A stretch of 64,000 nt of DNA from an uncultured Candidatus Saccharibacteria bacterium (lineage in GTDB: Bacteria; Patescibacteriota; Doudnabacteria; UBA920). Positions 36,017 through 46,827 of the stretch are shown here, in pieces (the stretch's first letter is position 1; the number at the start of each line of letters is the position of its first letter). Made by a program: the position numbers and the translations under genes. The stretch is from assembly GCA_964473815.1 (NCBI GenBank), contig CAYYQK010000005.1, forward strand, positions 3,847-67,846, given 5' to 3'. The notes under the pieces are model-generated. The model saw only the letters and a list, made by a program, of their open reading frames with translations, did no database searches and had not been told where the DNA came from.

Positions 36017-36433
36017 ATGAATCCCGTAGTACATTTTGAACTGCCAGTCGAAGATCGCGACCGCGCCAGCGAATTTTATAACAAAGCTTTTGGCTGGAAC
36101 GCAAATAAACTGGGTGAAGACATGGGCAACTACACTGTTGTGCAAACCACTGACACCGACGAAAATCGCATGCCAAAAACCCCCGGCCAAATTAATGGCG
36201 GGCTGTACATGAAAACTAAAGATGATCAATTCCCCACTGTTGTAATTGCCGTAGATGACATCCACGAGTCAATGAAAAAAGTTGAAGAAGCGGGTGGTCA
36301 AATTATTGGTGGTGGCCATGCTGCTGGTGAACCAGATGATATTCCTGGTGTTGGCCTCTACATTGCTGTTCGCGATTCCGAAGGCAATCGCATTGCGATC
36401 CTACAACCTAAAGGCATGGGCCCGCAAAATTAA
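36017..36433 (+). CDS. VOC-family glyoxalase/bleomycin-resistance-like protein
   Basis: MNPVVHFE, PGQINGG and DSEGN motifs. Confidence 0.88.
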   Translation: MNPVVHFELPVEDRDRASEFYNKAFGWNANKLGEDMGNYTVVQTTDTDENRMPKTPGQINGGLYMKTKDDQFPTVVIAVDDIHESMKKVEEAGGQIIGGGHAAGEPDDIPGVGLYIAVRDSEGNRIAILQPKGMGPQN

Positions 36434-36485
36434 GTCAGAAATATTAGACGCTTTCGGCGTCTTTTATTTTTGATATAATAAAGTC

Positions 36486-37055
36486 ATGAATAAGAAAAAT
36501 TTTTGGCCATTTTTTATCTTTGCCATTATTCTGATCGTAATGGCCGCGATCGAACACTTCCAAGGCCGCCTCACCTATTGTGCTTGCGGATACATTAAAG
36601 TGTGGCACGGCATCGTTAATGATTCTGGCGACTCGCAGCACTTGTTTGACTGGTACTCTTTCACACATGTCTTACATGGTGTTCTTTTTTACTTTGGCCT
36701 GTGGTTAATAGACAGAAAAAAGAAACTCACTCTAACAACAAAATTTTTAATCGCCATTGGCCTAGCCGCTGGCTGGGAGATCTTAGAAAATTCTTCTTAC
36801 ATTATTGATCGTTACCGCACCGCCACATTTTCACTCAATTATTACGGTGACACAGTAATTAATTCTGTGGGTGACGTCATTTCCGCAGCGATCGGTTTCT
36901 TTATTACCTCGCGTGTGCGCTGGTGGATGTCACTCATTTTATTTATCGCCATCGAAACAATGCTCGCACTTGTAATTCGCGACAACCTGACCATCAACAT
37001 CATCATGTTGATTCACCCAATCGAAGCAATCAAAACCTGGCAGCAAGGTTTGTAA
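36486..37055 (+). CDS. DUF2585 (UPF0314) membrane protein
   Basis: CACG, SQHLFDWYSFTHVLHG, WEILEN, YYGD and IRDNLT motifs. Confidence 0.85.
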   Translation: MNKKNFWPFFIFAIILIVMAAIEHFQGRLTYCACGYIKVWHGIVNDSGDSQHLFDWYSFTHVLHGVLFYFGLWLIDRKKKLTLTTKFLIAIGLAAGWEILENSSYIIDRYRTATFSLNYYGDTVINSVGDVISAAIGFFITSRVRWWMSLILFIAIETMLALVIRDNLTINIIMLIHPIEAIKTWQQGL

Positions 37056-37107
37056 CTCATTTTATAGAAAAAATAAAAAGCGGCGAGTCCTGAACACAAA
37101 TAGTTAT

Positions 37108-37428
37108 TCATTTCTCGCCCCAGTTTTTGATGTGTCTTGCCTTCATCTCTTCAAGCTCAGCTTCATCTGAGATGATGTCGAACTCGCCCATGAACCACTC
37201 TTTGGGGAAGGATCGCTTACATGTGCTCTCCTTATAACTTTTACACAATCTCTTTTGAGTAGCGTGGGTCATGCATTGGCAAAACATCCGTAAAGTATAC
37301 ATCTCAAAGCGATCGTCAATTTCGACCACCTGGCCGAATGAATGATCTGGTCAGTCGAACGGGTCTTTATCCGCTATTGGGAAGGGTCTTCTGCGAACCC
37401 AATTGCCTATCTTCGGAACATCAGACAT
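37108..37428 (-). pseudogene. Hypothetical gene with an in-frame TGA at 37351-37353
   Basis: Strong RBS aaggaggt and ATG 37428; the frame continues past the TGA into the annotated 73-aa ORF. Confidence 0.55.
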
Positions 37429-37517
37429 AATACACCTCCTTCATTACTTATCCGTTTCAGGATATACTAATATAAACTTTTTACAATTAAATTGCAACTG
37501 TTAAATAAATAAAATAT

Positions 37518-38033
37518 ATGCAAAAAATTACTCCATTTCTGTGGTTTAATACCGAGGCCGAAGAAGCTATGAACTTCTACACCAGTGTATTCGCCAGTCG
37601 TCCTGGCACTGCAAACGGCGAATCAAAAGTTGCCAGCATTAAAAGATACCCAGATGGTCCACTGGAAGGCCCGATGAAAGGCATGGAAGGCAAAGTCCTT
37701 ACTGCTGAATTCTTACTCGATGGCCAGCGCTTTCTTTGCTTAGACGGCGGTCCAATCTTTAAACCAACTGCGGCGATGTCACTTTACGTAGAATGCGAAG
37801 ATCAAGCAGAAGTCGATCATTTTTGGACAAAGTTAAGCGAAGGTGGTAATCCAGAAATGCAACAATGCGGCTGGCTGCAAGACCGTTTTGGTTTCTCCTG
37901 GCAGATTATTCCAAAAGCACTTCCCCAACTTCTCACAGACCCAGACAAAGCAAAAGCAGACCGTGTTCTCGCGGCCATGATGCAAATGAAAAAAATTGAT
38001 GTCGCTGGCTTGGAAGCCGCGGCAGGCGTATAA
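37518..38033 (+). CDS. VOC-family protein (3-demethylubiquinone-9 3-methyltransferase-like/PhnB family)
   Basis: MQKITPFLWF, CGWLQDRFGFSWQI and MMQMKKID motifs. Confidence 0.9.
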   Translation: MQKITPFLWFNTEAEEAMNFYTSVFASRPGTANGESKVASIKRYPDGPLEGPMKGMEGKVLTAEFLLDGQRFLCLDGGPIFKPTAAMSLYVECEDQAEVDHFWTKLSEGGNPEMQQCGWLQDRFGFSWQIIPKALPQLLTDPDKAKADRVLAAMMQMKKIDVAGLEAAAGV

Positions 38034-38040
38034 TAAAAGT

Positions 38041-38193
38041 ATGAAAATTAAGATTGAGCAACACACAATTTCAGGGGCAACCTGGATTGCTGCATGGTTA
38101 TTCACCATCGGCTTTCTGCACTTGTCCTTCTGGGCTGGTGTTTTGGCCATTCTAATTTGGCCATACTACTTAGGCGCACACTTCGCCCACTAA
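38041..38193 (+). CDS. Small membrane protein
   Basis: WLFTIGFL...IWPYYLG hydrophobic peptide. Confidence 0.55.
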   Translation: MKIKIEQHTISGATWIAAWLFTIGFLHLSFWAGVLAILIWPYYLGAHFAH

Positions 38194-38205
38194 TCTAAAT
38201 CCAAA

Positions 38206-38715
38206 ATGGATCACGATCACTCGCAACACGAGCTCGAGGCCACGCCTTTAGAGTACCTAAAATTTTGCGGAGTAATTTTAGGAATTATTCTTCTGTCATA
38301 CGCAGTCTCGACTTTCGGACAAACTTTCTCTTGGCAAAACTTCTTCCCAAAATTTATGGGAATGTTTTTCTTGGTGTTCGCGTTATTTAAATTTCTCGAC
38401 CTGCTCGGCTTTGCCACTTCTTACATTGGCTACGATGTCATCGCCAAACGTTCAATTACTTACGCTTACATCTACCCGTTCATAGAATTAGCAATGGCAC
38501 TTGGTTACTTATTTAAAATCCCTTACACAGAAGGGGTCACTTTGGTGTTCATGGCAATCGGTTCAATTGGAGTCCTTCGCGAACTGATGCGCCACAGCAA
38601 CATCAAATGCGCTTGCCTCGGCACTTACATTAAATTACCACTCACCACGGTGAGTTTAATAGAAGATGTGGTCATGGGGATAATGGCCTTGCTAATGATC
38701 CTCAAAATCTTCTAA
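38206..38715 (+). CDS. MauE/DoxX-like membrane protein, possibly heavy-metal associated
   Basis: YPFIEL and IKCACLGT motifs; His-rich N-terminus. Confidence 0.75.
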   Translation: MDHDHSQHELEATPLEYLKFCGVILGIILLSYAVSTFGQTFSWQNFFPKFMGMFFLVFALFKFLDLLGFATSYIGYDVIAKRSITYAYIYPFIELAMALGYLFKIPYTEGVTLVFMAIGSIGVLRELMRHSNIKCACLGTYIKLPLTTVSLIEDVVMGIMALLMILKIF

Positions 38716-38724
38716 ACTAAAACT

Positions 38725-38991
38725 ATGACCGAACAAGAAGCCATTACCAAACTTGAACAACTGGGATACACCGATGTTCACATCGTGCGTTTTGAGGCTG
38801 GCCACCAACTCGGCCAACACACTCACGACCTCATGACCGGTCACATTATTCTCACCGGAGAAATGTTTGTAACCGATGAAGATGGTACAGACGTGATCGA
38901 AAAAGGAGACTTGTTTGAAGTCCCTGCCGGAACTACTCATTCAGTTTCCGTTGGTACCGAGCCGTGCGCCATGGCCATGGGCACGAAGTAG
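38725..38991 (+). CDS. Cupin-domain protein
   Basis: HTH...GE and GDLFEVPAGTTH cupin motifs. Confidence 0.82.
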   Translation: MTEQEAITKLEQLGYTDVHIVRFEAGHQLGQHTHDLMTGHIILTGEMFVTDEDGTDVIEKGDLFEVPAGTTHSVSVGTEPCAMAMGTK

Positions 38992-39007
38992 CTATTGCTA
39001 CTGCCAG

Positions 39008-40504
39008 CTATTGCTGCCGCGCCAACTGCAACGCTTTTTCTCTTGCAATATTATAGGACTGCCAACTTTCAGTTTTTGGCAGTTTTTGTTTAGACTTTTC
39101 GATGTAATCGCGCTGCAACTGCTTATCTTCTTCAGTAGTTGGATTAAACTTTTCCAAAATTACCGGTGTTGCATCTGCTGACAAAGACAGTAAATATTTC
39201 GCGTCCAATTTGTCGGTACCAGCAAACTGCGTAAGATTTTTCTGAGCTACGTATTTATCCGGATTCAAAATATCCATTCCAACAAAAAAACAAATCAATA
39301 TTATTATTGTCCCAAGTGCAAAGAATGCATGTGGTTTGTTTTGAATTAACTTGATAGCCAACAGCACAAAAATTGCAGCAAGGAAAGTAATAAACCCAAA
39401 AACATACAAACGCATTTCGGTCATACCATATGCGGCCTGATATAAGGCCAGTCTTTGGAATGCTGAAATGATGATCACCATAACCTCTGCTGCAATTAGC
39501 AATGCCGGCAATATAAACCATTTTGTACGAGCTGCAAGTTTGCTAGTATAGTGATCAACACTCAATAAAATCAATAGCGTGCTAAAAGCCACGATCAACA
39601 ATTCCCAAAAACCCTTGCGGGCATATTCGGCGTAGGTGTATCCGGCAAAAGAAATATTTATTGCGCCTCCGAACATGTAATGCATCTGGAACAAGATGAA
39701 CAATAAAAACAAAGCAGCAATCAAAAATAAGAACACCGCGATTTCTATTTTCCGGTTTTCACCATTTTCATTTCCTAGCGGGCTAGCTATGTTTAGCAAT
39801 TCAGAAAGTTCCCCACTGATTTTATCTGAAGGATTAAATAGGTAGGCAAACAAACCCATGCACAAAATAAAAATTATAATGATAACTACAACTTGCGGGA
39901 TTAGTGTATCAGGAAGATGCCATGCAAAAGTGTTAGCAATAAACTGACGAAAGGCTAAATCTGCAGCAGCAAACAAAATTCCAAAAAATACTAGCACTGG
40001 TAAAGCAGTTAGAACTCCGATAAGTACCTGTCGGCTTTTCCCAAGTTGTACATTTTGAGCGCCCCGCAGCAAACTAAACAATGCGCCAAATCCGCGGCCC
40101 AAAAATTTAAATGGCCACAGTACTGCAGTAAAAAAATAATCAGCTAACGAAAAATTATTAATATTATCTAAAGTTACTGCTCGGACCATGAGCAAATACA
40201 TACCGAGGGCACCCAATGCATTTAAGAAGTCTACAAAACCATTGGCGCGCAGCATGGGCACAAAAATAAAAATCAAATATGGGAGTACAAACCACTGAGC
40301 AGGTTTAAAATTTAATTGACGACTACGCGTAAACCAAAACAGCATCCCCAAAACAAGCACACCATAAATAGTTACCGACACTCCCCAAATTTTGTTGAAA
40401 AATAAGTAATCAAATATAACCGCCAAAAAGCCGGCTACTAGAGGCCAGGGCCAGAACGAACTCATTTTTATATTAGTATCTTTGGTTTCAGCTGTAGTAT
40501 CCAT
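39008..40504 (-). CDS. DUF4153/DUF4173-like polytopic membrane protein
   Basis: LFAAAD, YAEYARKGFWEL, YGMTEMR and YLLSLSADA motifs. Confidence 0.8.
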   Translation of the reverse strand: MDTTAETKDTNIKMSSFWPWPLVAGFLAVIFDYLFFNKIWGVSVTIYGVLVLGMLFWFTRSRQLNFKPAQWFVLPYLIFIFVPMLRANGFVDFLNALGALGMYLLMVRAVTLDNINNFSLADYFFTAVLWPFKFLGRGFGALFSLLRGAQNVQLGKSRQVLIGVLTALPVLVFFGILFAAADLAFRQFIANTFAWHLPDTLIPQVVVIIIIFILCMGLFAYLFNPSDKISGELSELLNIASPLGNENGENRKIEIAVFLFLIAALFLLFILFQMHYMFGGAINISFAGYTYAEYARKGFWELLIVAFSTLLILLSVDHYTSKLAARTKWFILPALLIAAEVMVIIISAFQRLALYQAAYGMTEMRLYVFGFITFLAAIFVLLAIKLIQNKPHAFFALGTIIILICFFVGMDILNPDKYVAQKNLTQFAGTDKLDAKYLLSLSADATPVILEKFNPTTEEDKQLQRDYIEKSKQKLPKTESWQSYNIAREKALQLARQQ

Positions 40505-40606
40505 ATATTTATTATACGCCTCTGATTAGTGAAAGTAACTTGAAATTTTCCCGCTTACTCATGCGAAAACTGGATTTTTTTGTCAGAGTGTGCTATAATA
40601 ATAAAG

Positions 40607-41047
40607 ATGAAGTCTAAATTGAAACCAAAACGCAACTTTTTGCACACTTTATTCGAAGCCAGCGTGATTATCAAGGCTATTAATGGTACTTGGGAAACAA
40701 TCAGCGGGCTTGGTTTGTTATTATTCAGCCATGTGACAGTTGCTCACGCTTTTTCTGGAATCGCTAAACACGACATGACTCGCGGTACCCAAGACTTTGC
40801 CGGCATATATATATTAAGCCATGGGGTTGTGAATATTTTCTTAGCCTACTATTTGTACAAACAAAAACTGTGGGCCTTCTGGGTCTCTATTAGCTTCTTT
40901 GGTGCCTCCATGCTGTATCTGGGTTACCGCGCCATGAATCACCCATCGCTAATTCTCTACTGGTTAATTTTGTTTGATGCGATTTGCATTTATCTAACTA
41001 TTCACGAATACAACTATCGCAAAACTTTAGCCGCTACCGCAAAATAG
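40607..41047 (+). CDS. DUF2127-like membrane protein
   Basis: IKAINGTWE, YILSHG and LTIHEY motifs. Confidence 0.65.
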   Translation: MKSKLKPKRNFLHTLFEASVIIKAINGTWETISGLGLLLFSHVTVAHAFSGIAKHDMTRGTQDFAGIYILSHGVVNIFLAYYLYKQKLWAFWVSISFFGASMLYLGYRAMNHPSLILYWLILFDAICIYLTIHEYNYRKTLAATAK

Positions 41048-41087
41048 TTTTCAATAATTTTAAAAGCCGACATTGCTGTCGGCTTTT

Positions 41088-42158
41088 TTATTCTCCCTGG
41101 TCGTAGTTCTCCAGGTAAGTGGTCAATTGTTTGTTTACCCGAATGAATGTCGCGCATTTAGAAAATTCTTTTAATCGGCGAGCGCCAATGTAAGTTCCAG
41201 TACTACGCAGAGCACCAAACAGATCTTGCAAGAAATTGGCAATCGGTCCTTTGTAAGGCATTAAAACATAACGGCCTTCGCTTGCCCGATGAGTTTCTTT
41301 TTTACCATAAAATTCTTGTAACGCTTTATTCGAAGAGGATCCAAAATATTCTTTAAATTTCTTGCCATCTTTTTCGATTAAAGCGCCGGCGCTTTCATCA
41401 AAACCGGAAAATAGCGAACCGCACATATTGAAATCTGCGCCAGCGCAGAAAGCTTTGGCAATACATGACGGATATTGCTGGCCGCCGTCCGCAATAACTA
41501 ACCCCACGCCCTGGTCGTTAGCAATACCGTGAGCTGCGTCTGCGCATTCAATTACTGCAGAGAGTTGAGGGTAACCAACCCCGGTCATGCGACGGGTTGT
41601 GCAACTCGAACCAGGGCCAATTCCAACCTTTACTATGTCTGCGCCTGATAAAATAATTTCTTCAGTCATTTCGTTGGTTACAACATTACCGGCAATAATG
41701 ATATGTTCAGGCAAAAGCGCACGGACTTCCTTAATGGCAGCCATGAATCTTTCCAAATAACCATTCGGGACATCAATACAGACAAAAGAAAAGTGTTTCA
41801 TTAGATCTGCTGCCAACATTTCTTTAAGTTTTTCAATATCTTCGTCGCGGATCCCTAAAGTGTATGCAATGTAATCGGGATCATTAAAGTCTTCGAAAAA
41901 CTTTTTATAATCTTCAACCTTGTAATACTTATGGAAAGTGGTGATCATTTTGTGCGGCGATAAAACCTTCGCCATCTCGAAGGTGCCGCAGGTAGCCATA
42001 TTGGCAGTCATAATCGGTACGCCTTTCCATCGCTTGGGTGAGTGGTAAAAACGAAACTCACGCTCGAGATCAACTTCTTTGCGTGAGTTTAAAGTGCTTC
42101 GCTTGGGGCGTAGCAATACATCAGAATAGTCTAATTTTATTTCACTTTCGAGTCTCAT
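41088..42158 (-). CDS. guaC: GMP reductase
   Basis: [45 protein letters not shown] and RASEG motifs. Confidence 0.93.
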   Translation of the reverse strand: MRLESEIKLDYSDVLLRPKRSTLNSRKEVDLEREFRFYHSPKRWKGVPIMTANMATCGTFEMAKVLSPHKMITTFHKYYKVEDYKKFFEDFNDPDYIAYTLGIRDEDIEKLKEMLAADLMKHFSFVCIDVPNGYLERFMAAIKEVRALLPEHIIIAGNVVTNEMTEEIILSGADIVKVGIGPGSSCTTRRMTGVGYPQLSAVIECADAAHGIANDQGVGLVIADGGQQYPSCIAKAFCAGADFNMCGSLFSGFDESAGALIEKDGKKFKEYFGSSSNKALQEFYGKKETHRASEGRYVLMPYKGPIANFLQDLFGALRSTGTYIGARRLKEFSKCATFIRVNKQLTTYLENYDQGE

Positions 42159-42200
42159 TTGTGATTCTATGATCGGAGGATTTTAACCTTCGATATAGTA

Positions 42201-42446
42201 TCACTGATCGGCAATCGCTGCAATACGCCGGAAGGCTTCATCGACCACAGCTTCGTCTTTAGTTAAAACTAACAAGCCGCTGCGAATGCGGATCGCTAAA
42301 ATGTGAATATCGCCTTTATCGATCTTTTTAACTTCTTTACGTAGGTGAGTGGTAGTCTGCCGCGCCAAAAAGCGATCCGCGGCAGGACCTAAATAGTCTT
42401 TTACGATTTCTAAAATTTGGTCATATAAATGATCTTCTGGGGTCAT
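42201..42446 (-). CDS. Small hypothetical protein
   Basis: 81 aa with YLGPAADRF; overlaps the upstream stop. Confidence 0.65.
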   Translation of the reverse strand: MTPEDHLYDQILEIVKDYLGPAADRFLARQTTTHLRKEVKKIDKGDIHILAIRIRSGLLVLTKDEAVVDEAFRRIAAIADQ

Positions 42447-43390
42447 TTAACCTCCTCGATTTCCACCAGTTTGCGGGCTCCCCTAGCGATCAATAAATAT
42501 CCAATTGCGATTGCTAACAGAATCAGGTAAATGATTATTAAAACGATTTTAATTGTAGCGTGATTCAATGACTGAGTAGCTTGGCTTAAAAATTGCAAAC
42601 CAATCAATAACGAAATCGTGGCAGTTAAACCAGTTGCTAGTGATAGAAAACTTTTTCGGTAAATAATGCCTGTGACAGTTTTTGCATAGGACCAAAAATT
42701 CAAAATTGCTAAACCACCGAAAAACCAAATCAACACATACGGCACTATGACAGTCAACACAATTAACCAGTCAGGTAAAGCATAAGTTGGCTGAATGAGT
42801 GGATCTGTTGAAATACTACGGAACGGATTTTGGAAAACTAACCAGACATAAATAAAAGTTAAAATTGCCAGAGCTGCCAAAACTACAGGACGATACACCC
42901 CAGCCCATTCCACTCCCCCAATACTATGGATCAGGCTTCTGGATGCCTGGTACAAATACCAAAAACCAGTTCCATACAATACAATGGTCAAATAATTTCT
43001 TAAAATAATATTAAAAATTTGAGCAGTATGTGAATGAGGGAAATAAGTAAAGATTGTCGCAATTACAGAAGGAACAACAACTACCAACAACAGCATAAAT
43101 AGCCCTAAGGTAATAGTGAGAAAACCTTTGTGCTCCGGAGCATCTTTTATGAGCCTGCTGTACCGTCGAAACCAAACAACGCCAAACAGGGCCGCGGACC
43201 ATATCAAAAAATATGGCACTACAATGGTCAGGCGCAGTAAATTGGTCTGAGCAAGCGTTAAACCATATCGACTGACGGCTTCAGCCGCCGGGGCCAGCAA
43301 AGTCAGGGCTACATAACCGATCCAGACTACCGTGAGCCAGGCAAATGCGTGCCGCATATCGCTATAAGCGCGGATTTTGGTGTTATTCAT
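42443..43390 (-). CDS. Multi-TM membrane protein, possibly a sensor input domain
   Basis: About 8 TM segments; divergent from the GGDEF/EAL gene. Confidence 0.7.
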   Translation of the reverse strand: MNNTKIRAYSDMRHAFAWLTVVWIGYVALTLLAPAAEAVSRYGLTLAQTNLLRLTIVVPYFLIWSAALFGVVWFRRYSRLIKDAPEHKGFLTITLGLFMLLLVVVVPSVIATIFTYFPHSHTAQIFNIILRNYLTIVLYGTGFWYLYQASRSLIHSIGGVEWAGVYRPVVLAALAILTFIYVWLVFQNPFRSISTDPLIQPTYALPDWLIVLTVIVPYVLIWFFGGLAILNFWSYAKTVTGIIYRKSFLSLATGLTATISLLIGLQFLSQATQSLNHATIKIVLIIIYLILLAIAIGYLLIARGARKLVEIEEVK

Positions 43391-43473
43391 AATAATAGGG
43401 TATGACGTGCTTATGAAAATCATCTGAAATTCCCATCATCTAATTTTAACATTTGGTTTATAATGTAAGTAAT

Positions 43474-45641
43474 ATGGATACGGAGCAATTTCTGAACGCG
43501 ATTGCCGACCACGCCCCTGGCATCGTTGCAATCCACGATATTCAGACTGGAAAATATCTTTATATGAACCGAGCCATCACTAAGATTCTAGGGTATCAGC
43601 CTGAGGATTTTATTAATGGCGGCTTAGAATTTGCGGTTTCACTGATGCATCCGGATGATTTAGAAAAAACCATGGCAGCTAACCAAAGTGCTTTAGAAGA
43701 AGCAAATTCCCGACCTGAAACAAAAAAAGAAGATGAACCATTTGTGAGTTTTGAATACCGCTTGCGCCATAAAAATGGCGAGTGGGTTTGGTTGCGCACG
43801 GAAGGAACGGTTTACGAGCGAGATGACAAGGGACAAGTTAAGCTAATTTTAAACATCTCCCTCGATATTAATGAGCGCAAAAAAAATGAAGACCAGCTTC
43901 ATAACCTTCGCCGAACCTTTGAGCAACAACTGAGCAAACAAACTAAAAAACTCAGCGACAGTGAAAAAATGTTTCGCCGAATTGTAGAAGTAGTTGAAGA
44001 CTACGCAATTTTCCATTTGGACAATGAAGGGCGCGTAACTAGTTGGAACGAAGGGATTGGTAATATTCTTGGCTACTCAGCCGAAGAAATTATGGGGAAG
44101 CCAATCCGAATCTTTTTTACCGAAGAAGGCCAAAAGCAAGGTGAACATCTCAGAGAACTTGAAGATGCCAAATCTAAAGGCACTGTGGTGCAGGAAGGAA
44201 TTCGGGTACGCAAAGATGGCACCACCTTTTTTGCAGTGGCAACAACCACTCCTATTTGGGATGAAAAGGGTGAGCTTCAGGGTTTTTCAAAAATTATGCG
44301 TGATGTAACAGAACTAAAAGAGGCGGAAGAAACAATTCGTTACCACGCCTTACATGACACTCTAACAGGCTTGGCTAACCGTAAAGCTTTAGATGATCAT
44401 TTTCAGTTAACTAAGTCTTCGGCCATTCGTAACGGGCATAAAATCGCTTTAATTTTCCTCGACTTAGACCGGTTTAAGACGATTAATGATACGCTTGGGC
44501 ATGGTATTGGGGATTTGATTTTGAAAGAAATGGCGCAGCGCCTTAAAGGTGCTGTGCGTAAAATTGACACCGTAGCGCGTCTCGGTGGTGATGAATTTAT
44601 TATTCTTGTAAACGAAGTTCATACCGCACAAAGCATTGCCCGAGTGGCTGAAAAAATATTAAAAGCTGTTGCGCCTATTACCCGCGTGCAAGATCACAGT
44701 TTACACGTGACTGCCAGCATGGGGATTGCTATGTTCCCTGATGACGGCCAGGATATTTACTCCTTGTTAAAAAACGCGGACACAGCTTTGTATCGTGCAA
44801 AAGACGCAGGCCGTAATCGGTATCAATTTTACGATTACAGTATGAATATGCAGTCGGTGTCGCAGTTGTCTTTAGAGCAAGATTTGCGAACATCGGTTTC
44901 TAATGACCAGATGCAGGTTTATTACCAACCATTTGTAAATTTGCAAACTGGTGAAGTCGCTGGAGTGGAAGCTTTGGTGCGCTGGAATCACCCCCAGCTG
45001 GGAACATTGTTGCCGTTTAACTTCATCCCTTTGGCAGAAGAAACTGGCATGATTGTCCCTCTAGGAAAATGGATTTTAGATACTGTTTGCAAACAAGGTA
45101 AAGAACTACAAGACTTAGGGCAAAACTTTAAGGTCAGTTTAAACCTGTCTGGTCGCCAATTTGCAGAAACCGAGTTGGTTGATACAATCAACATTGCCCT
45201 CTTGGAGACGGGCTTTAAAGCGGAGAATTTGGAACTGGAAATTACCGAAAGCGTGGCAATGGAAAATATCGCCCGCACCAGCAACAAACTAAACGCGTTA
45301 AAAGAAGCTGGTATGTCTATTGCTATTGATGACTTTGGTACAGGATATTCATCGTTAAGTTATTTGAAAAAATTCCCTGTTCAAAAATTAAAAATTGATA
45401 AGTCTTTTGTAAAGCACGCCATTACTGACCCACAAGATTCGACTATCATTCGCGCGATTATTTCGATGGGACAAAGTTTGGGTTTAAGTATTTGCGCAGA
45501 GGGCGTTGAAACTGAAGGCCAATACGAACTCTTAAAAATGATGGGCTGTGATTACGCCCAAGGCTATTTAATAGCTAAGCCATTATCTAGTGAGCAGTTA
45601 AAAAAATGGTTGCTCAAACGTGAATCAGTAGAGCTCAACTA
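43474..45641 (+). CDS. PAS-PAS-GGDEF-EAL diguanylate cyclase/phosphodiesterase
   Basis: Two PAS/PAC regions, intact GGDEF, EALVRW and DDFGTGYSSL motifs. Confidence 0.95.
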
Positions 45642-46292
45642 ATATTCGGTGAGCTTACCGGCTTTAATTTCGATTTTATCTGCCTTTCGTAAAGTTTTAA
45701 TTTGTGTCGGACTTAAAATTTGGTTATGTGGGGAATCGGCCAGTTTTTGAATTAGTTCCATAATCCCCTGTTGAGAGGTTAACCAATTTAGTCTTGCGAT
45801 ACTCGGTTTGGAAAGATCAAATGGTTTTGAAAAAGTTCGCAATGTTTTTTGCCCTGTAGAGTTCAAAAAATATTCGTGAAAGTAAGACATTGCTAGTTCC
45901 CGCACGCCTGAGTAAACTGGTTCACGGTAACGCAAAACTGCGTGATTAGTTTTGCTAATTGCGCCCCAAAACTTATTTTTCGGACCACCACGAAATATTG
46001 CTACAACATGGTCTTCGTCATTTGGTGTGGTAGTAAGGTCGAGCAATAGCGGTTTGCGCCCGTGGTACCACAGTGCTGCCGCGGCTAATAAAGCGCCTTC
46101 AAAACAGTGCGCTGTTTGTTTATGCAACACTTGCTGTACGCAAAAACAGGGATCATCATCCGAAAAATTCATAGGAAGAGAGTTGAGATAATCCTGAATT
46201 TTTGCAGGAGAATTTAAACGTGCTAAAGTTTTCCGATCTGCTTTACTCAGATGCAAAAAAGCCGCAGCAGATTTTTTAATCTTGTGCGGCAT
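45639..46292 (-). CDS. Hypothetical protein with a transglutaminase-like Cys-His motif
   Basis: AHCFEGALLAA, DHVVA and SYFHEY motifs. Confidence 0.65.
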   Translation of the reverse strand: MPHKIKKSAAAFLHLSKADRKTLARLNSPAKIQDYLNSLPMNFSDDDPCFCVQQVLHKQTAHCFEGALLAAAALWYHGRKPLLLDLTTTPNDEDHVVAIFRGGPKNKFWGAISKTNHAVLRYREPVYSGVRELAMSYFHEYFLNSTGQKTLRTFSKPFDLSKPSIARLNWLTSQQGIMELIQKLADSPHNQILSPTQIKTLRKADKIEIKAGKLTEY

Positions 46293-46827
46293 TGTTAAAC
46301 CCTTTTTCAAATGCATCTTTGATTGGAATAATGTAACCATCCTGAAAAGATTCATCTGTATCACCTGACATCATCGATGGAGCAACGTAATAAATTCCTT
46401 TGAAATTATACTTTGCATATTTTTCAAATTTGTCATCACTAAACACATGCTGAGCAGTTTTGTGATTCATATACCCTTGTACCACAAGGATAATCTGCGA
46501 CAGATCCTCACCCTGATTAGTCAGCCGCTCATTTTTATGCTCAATAGCGTTAATAGTGGGCTCTTCGGTGTAGTCAGCGCTTTGGGTTTGTTCATAGGCC
46601 ATAAAGGGCAATTCTACAGCATGAGTAAGTTGCAATTTTAGTTCTGGGAGATTGCCACTCTTGGAAATTGCGTACATATCGACCGGAGAGTTTTCTGTAC
46701 GTTCTGGCACCAGGTCATAATCAAAACCGTATTGCTTGTTTATTGAGCGCACGAAAACTGAGGCCCAAACATGTTCATCATTTCGTTTGTTGGTTTCGGA
46801 ATCCATAAAGTTATGCTGTCTATTCAA
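46276..46827 (-). CDS. Hypothetical protein
   Basis: 183 aa ORF coupled to both neighbours. Confidence 0.6.
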   Translation of the reverse strand: MNRQHNFMDSETNKRNDEHVWASVFVRSINKQYGFDYDLVPERTENSPVDMYAISKSGNLPELKLQLTHAVELPFMAYEQTQSADYTEEPTINAIEHKNERLTNQGEDLSQIILVVQGYMNHKTAQHVFSDDKFEKYAKYNFKGIYYVAPSMMSGDTDESFQDGYIIPIKDAFEKGFNNAAQD

